A stretch of DNA of 64,000 bases from Eledone cirrhosa (lineage: Eukaryota), in NCBI GenBank assembly GCA_964016885.1, contig OZ024745.1, positions 44,516,001 through 44,580,000 of the forward strand, read 5' to 3'. Under the pieces are notes generated by a model. It searched no databases, had not been told where the DNA came from, and saw only the letters and a program-made list of their open reading frames with translations. This document shows positions 62,646-64,000 of this stretch, piece by piece. The translations under genes were made by a program, and so were the position numbers. Numbering within the stretch: the first letter of the stretch is position 1; each line of letters opens with the position of its first letter.

Positions 62646-63298
62646 TTAAAAGAAAATATCAGAATATGAAATAGTATACTTTATTCCCTCTCATTGAGAT
62701 TCAATAACAATTTCATGATGAAAAAAAAAATAGTTTTCTTAAATAGACACTTTTTTTACTTTATTTAATAGGTTTGGAAGGGGTTAGGCCTATGGCCTTT
62801 GTAGGCTGTCCAACACTGGTGGGATGAATTCATTTAACATTCCTTTTGAACAATTATAAGCTGGCTTGTGAGGTGAATACAATATGGATGACAAGAGGAG
62901 GAGAGATAAGTATCAGGAGTACCAGAGTGAAGGAGGCACAAGACCAGTCAGCACCAGGGAGCAGGGGCCACTGTAGTTATAGTAGAAAAGATTGAGAGAA
63001 GAGGTAGTATGTGTGTGGACCAGATTGGAGTGTGTTCATGAGCAACTTCATGCCAAACCGTCAGCTGCTCATTTTCAGGATGTGTGTGTGTAACACCAAT
63101 AGTCTATTGTAGGTCTCACCGGAGTTTTGTAGAGGGTTAATAATTGTCAGAGATTTTAAAGTATTTTCTGTTGCAGAAGAAGAATGGCAATCTTTGTGGT
63201 GCAGTTGAGTATGTTCATCCAGTGATGGTCAGGCAGACTAGCATTTGTAGCTACCTTGAAGGTTCTAGTTGCATACTGTTAATATTTAGACAAAGTGT

Positions 63299-63443
63299 AA
63301 TAATTGTTTCTACTTTAGGCACAAGGCCAGCAATTACCCAGTGCATTACTGGTACTTTATTTTATCGACCCCGTAAGGATGAAAGGCAAAGTCAACCTCG
63401 GCGGGATTTGAACTCGGATCATAAAGGGACGTAACTATGCTGG
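63299..63443 (-). mobile_element. 5'-truncated SINE family B with TSD
   Basis: gacaaagtgtaataat on both sides. Confidence 0.88.
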
Positions 63444-64000
63444 ACAAAGTGTAATAATGTTTACTTGTTATATGTAATGATTGGATCTTTGTTTAACTGT
63501 TGTTAAAAGAGGCAAGACTGACATAACTTCGCTGTATAGGAAAATAATAAACCAGGTGTGACTCACCAAAGAGAAACATTACATAATGGTGCCTTCAACA
63601 ATAATAAAAATAACAAAATGTCACTTATATAAACCATTTAGTCCTCAAATTGAAATGTTTGAGATATTACATCAGGTATAGAGTAATAGCAGTAGTAACA
63701 TTTATTCTTAATGTTCTTGTAGAATTATTTGTATTCCTTATATTCATAGAATATAATAGATATATTTGGTCTGATATACATCAGGAAATGTATATACAGA
63801 AAGAGATGGGAAATAAACAAAACAAATAACAACTGTGAGAGTATGGGAATTAATCCTTCAGAATTATATCAATTCTTCTTTTCCTGCGAATTTACCCAGC
63901 TAAGTGTCATTAAATTGAATGATTGGTTAATTTTGATGAAGAAGACATCGAAACATCAGCAAAAGGGGGGTGAGTACAGATGTTATTTTTGTGATGAATG

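Noticed and set aside
63567-63592. 26-nt minus-strand micro-exon with GTGAGT donor
   Set aside because: It would need an intron of only about 35 nt to the next acceptor; not credible without transcript data.

Overview
AT-rich eukaryotic (animal) DNA made almost entirely of transposon debris and microsatellites. The SINE types and the dense (TA)n/(ATC)n/(TTA)n tracts resemble mollusc/cephalopod DNA (inference, not verified). No intact host gene is recognisable. Mobile elements: a young R4/Dong-type LINE running off the left edge; a head-to-tail pair of Tx1-clade LINEs (one nearly full length) plus two fragments, mostly abutting (TTA)n tracts; many RTE-clade LINE copies, two families with a PHD-like finger inside the RT; CRE-, CR1- and Penelope-like fragments; Helitrons; piggyBac-like and hAT-like MITEs; two tRNA-derived SINE families. 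Two large minisatellites lie at about 8950-11370 and 46370-48895. Less obvious structure: (i) minimal type I hammerhead ribozyme motifs at 20434-20480 and 21414-21504, plus decayed ones; (ii) a perfect 108-bp-arm palindrome and two LINE insertions flanked by inverted rather than direct repeats; (iii) splice-site-bounded islands on the minus strand, suggesting the window is intronic in a minus-strand transcript. Coordinates were read by eye; ends of decayed repeats are approximate.
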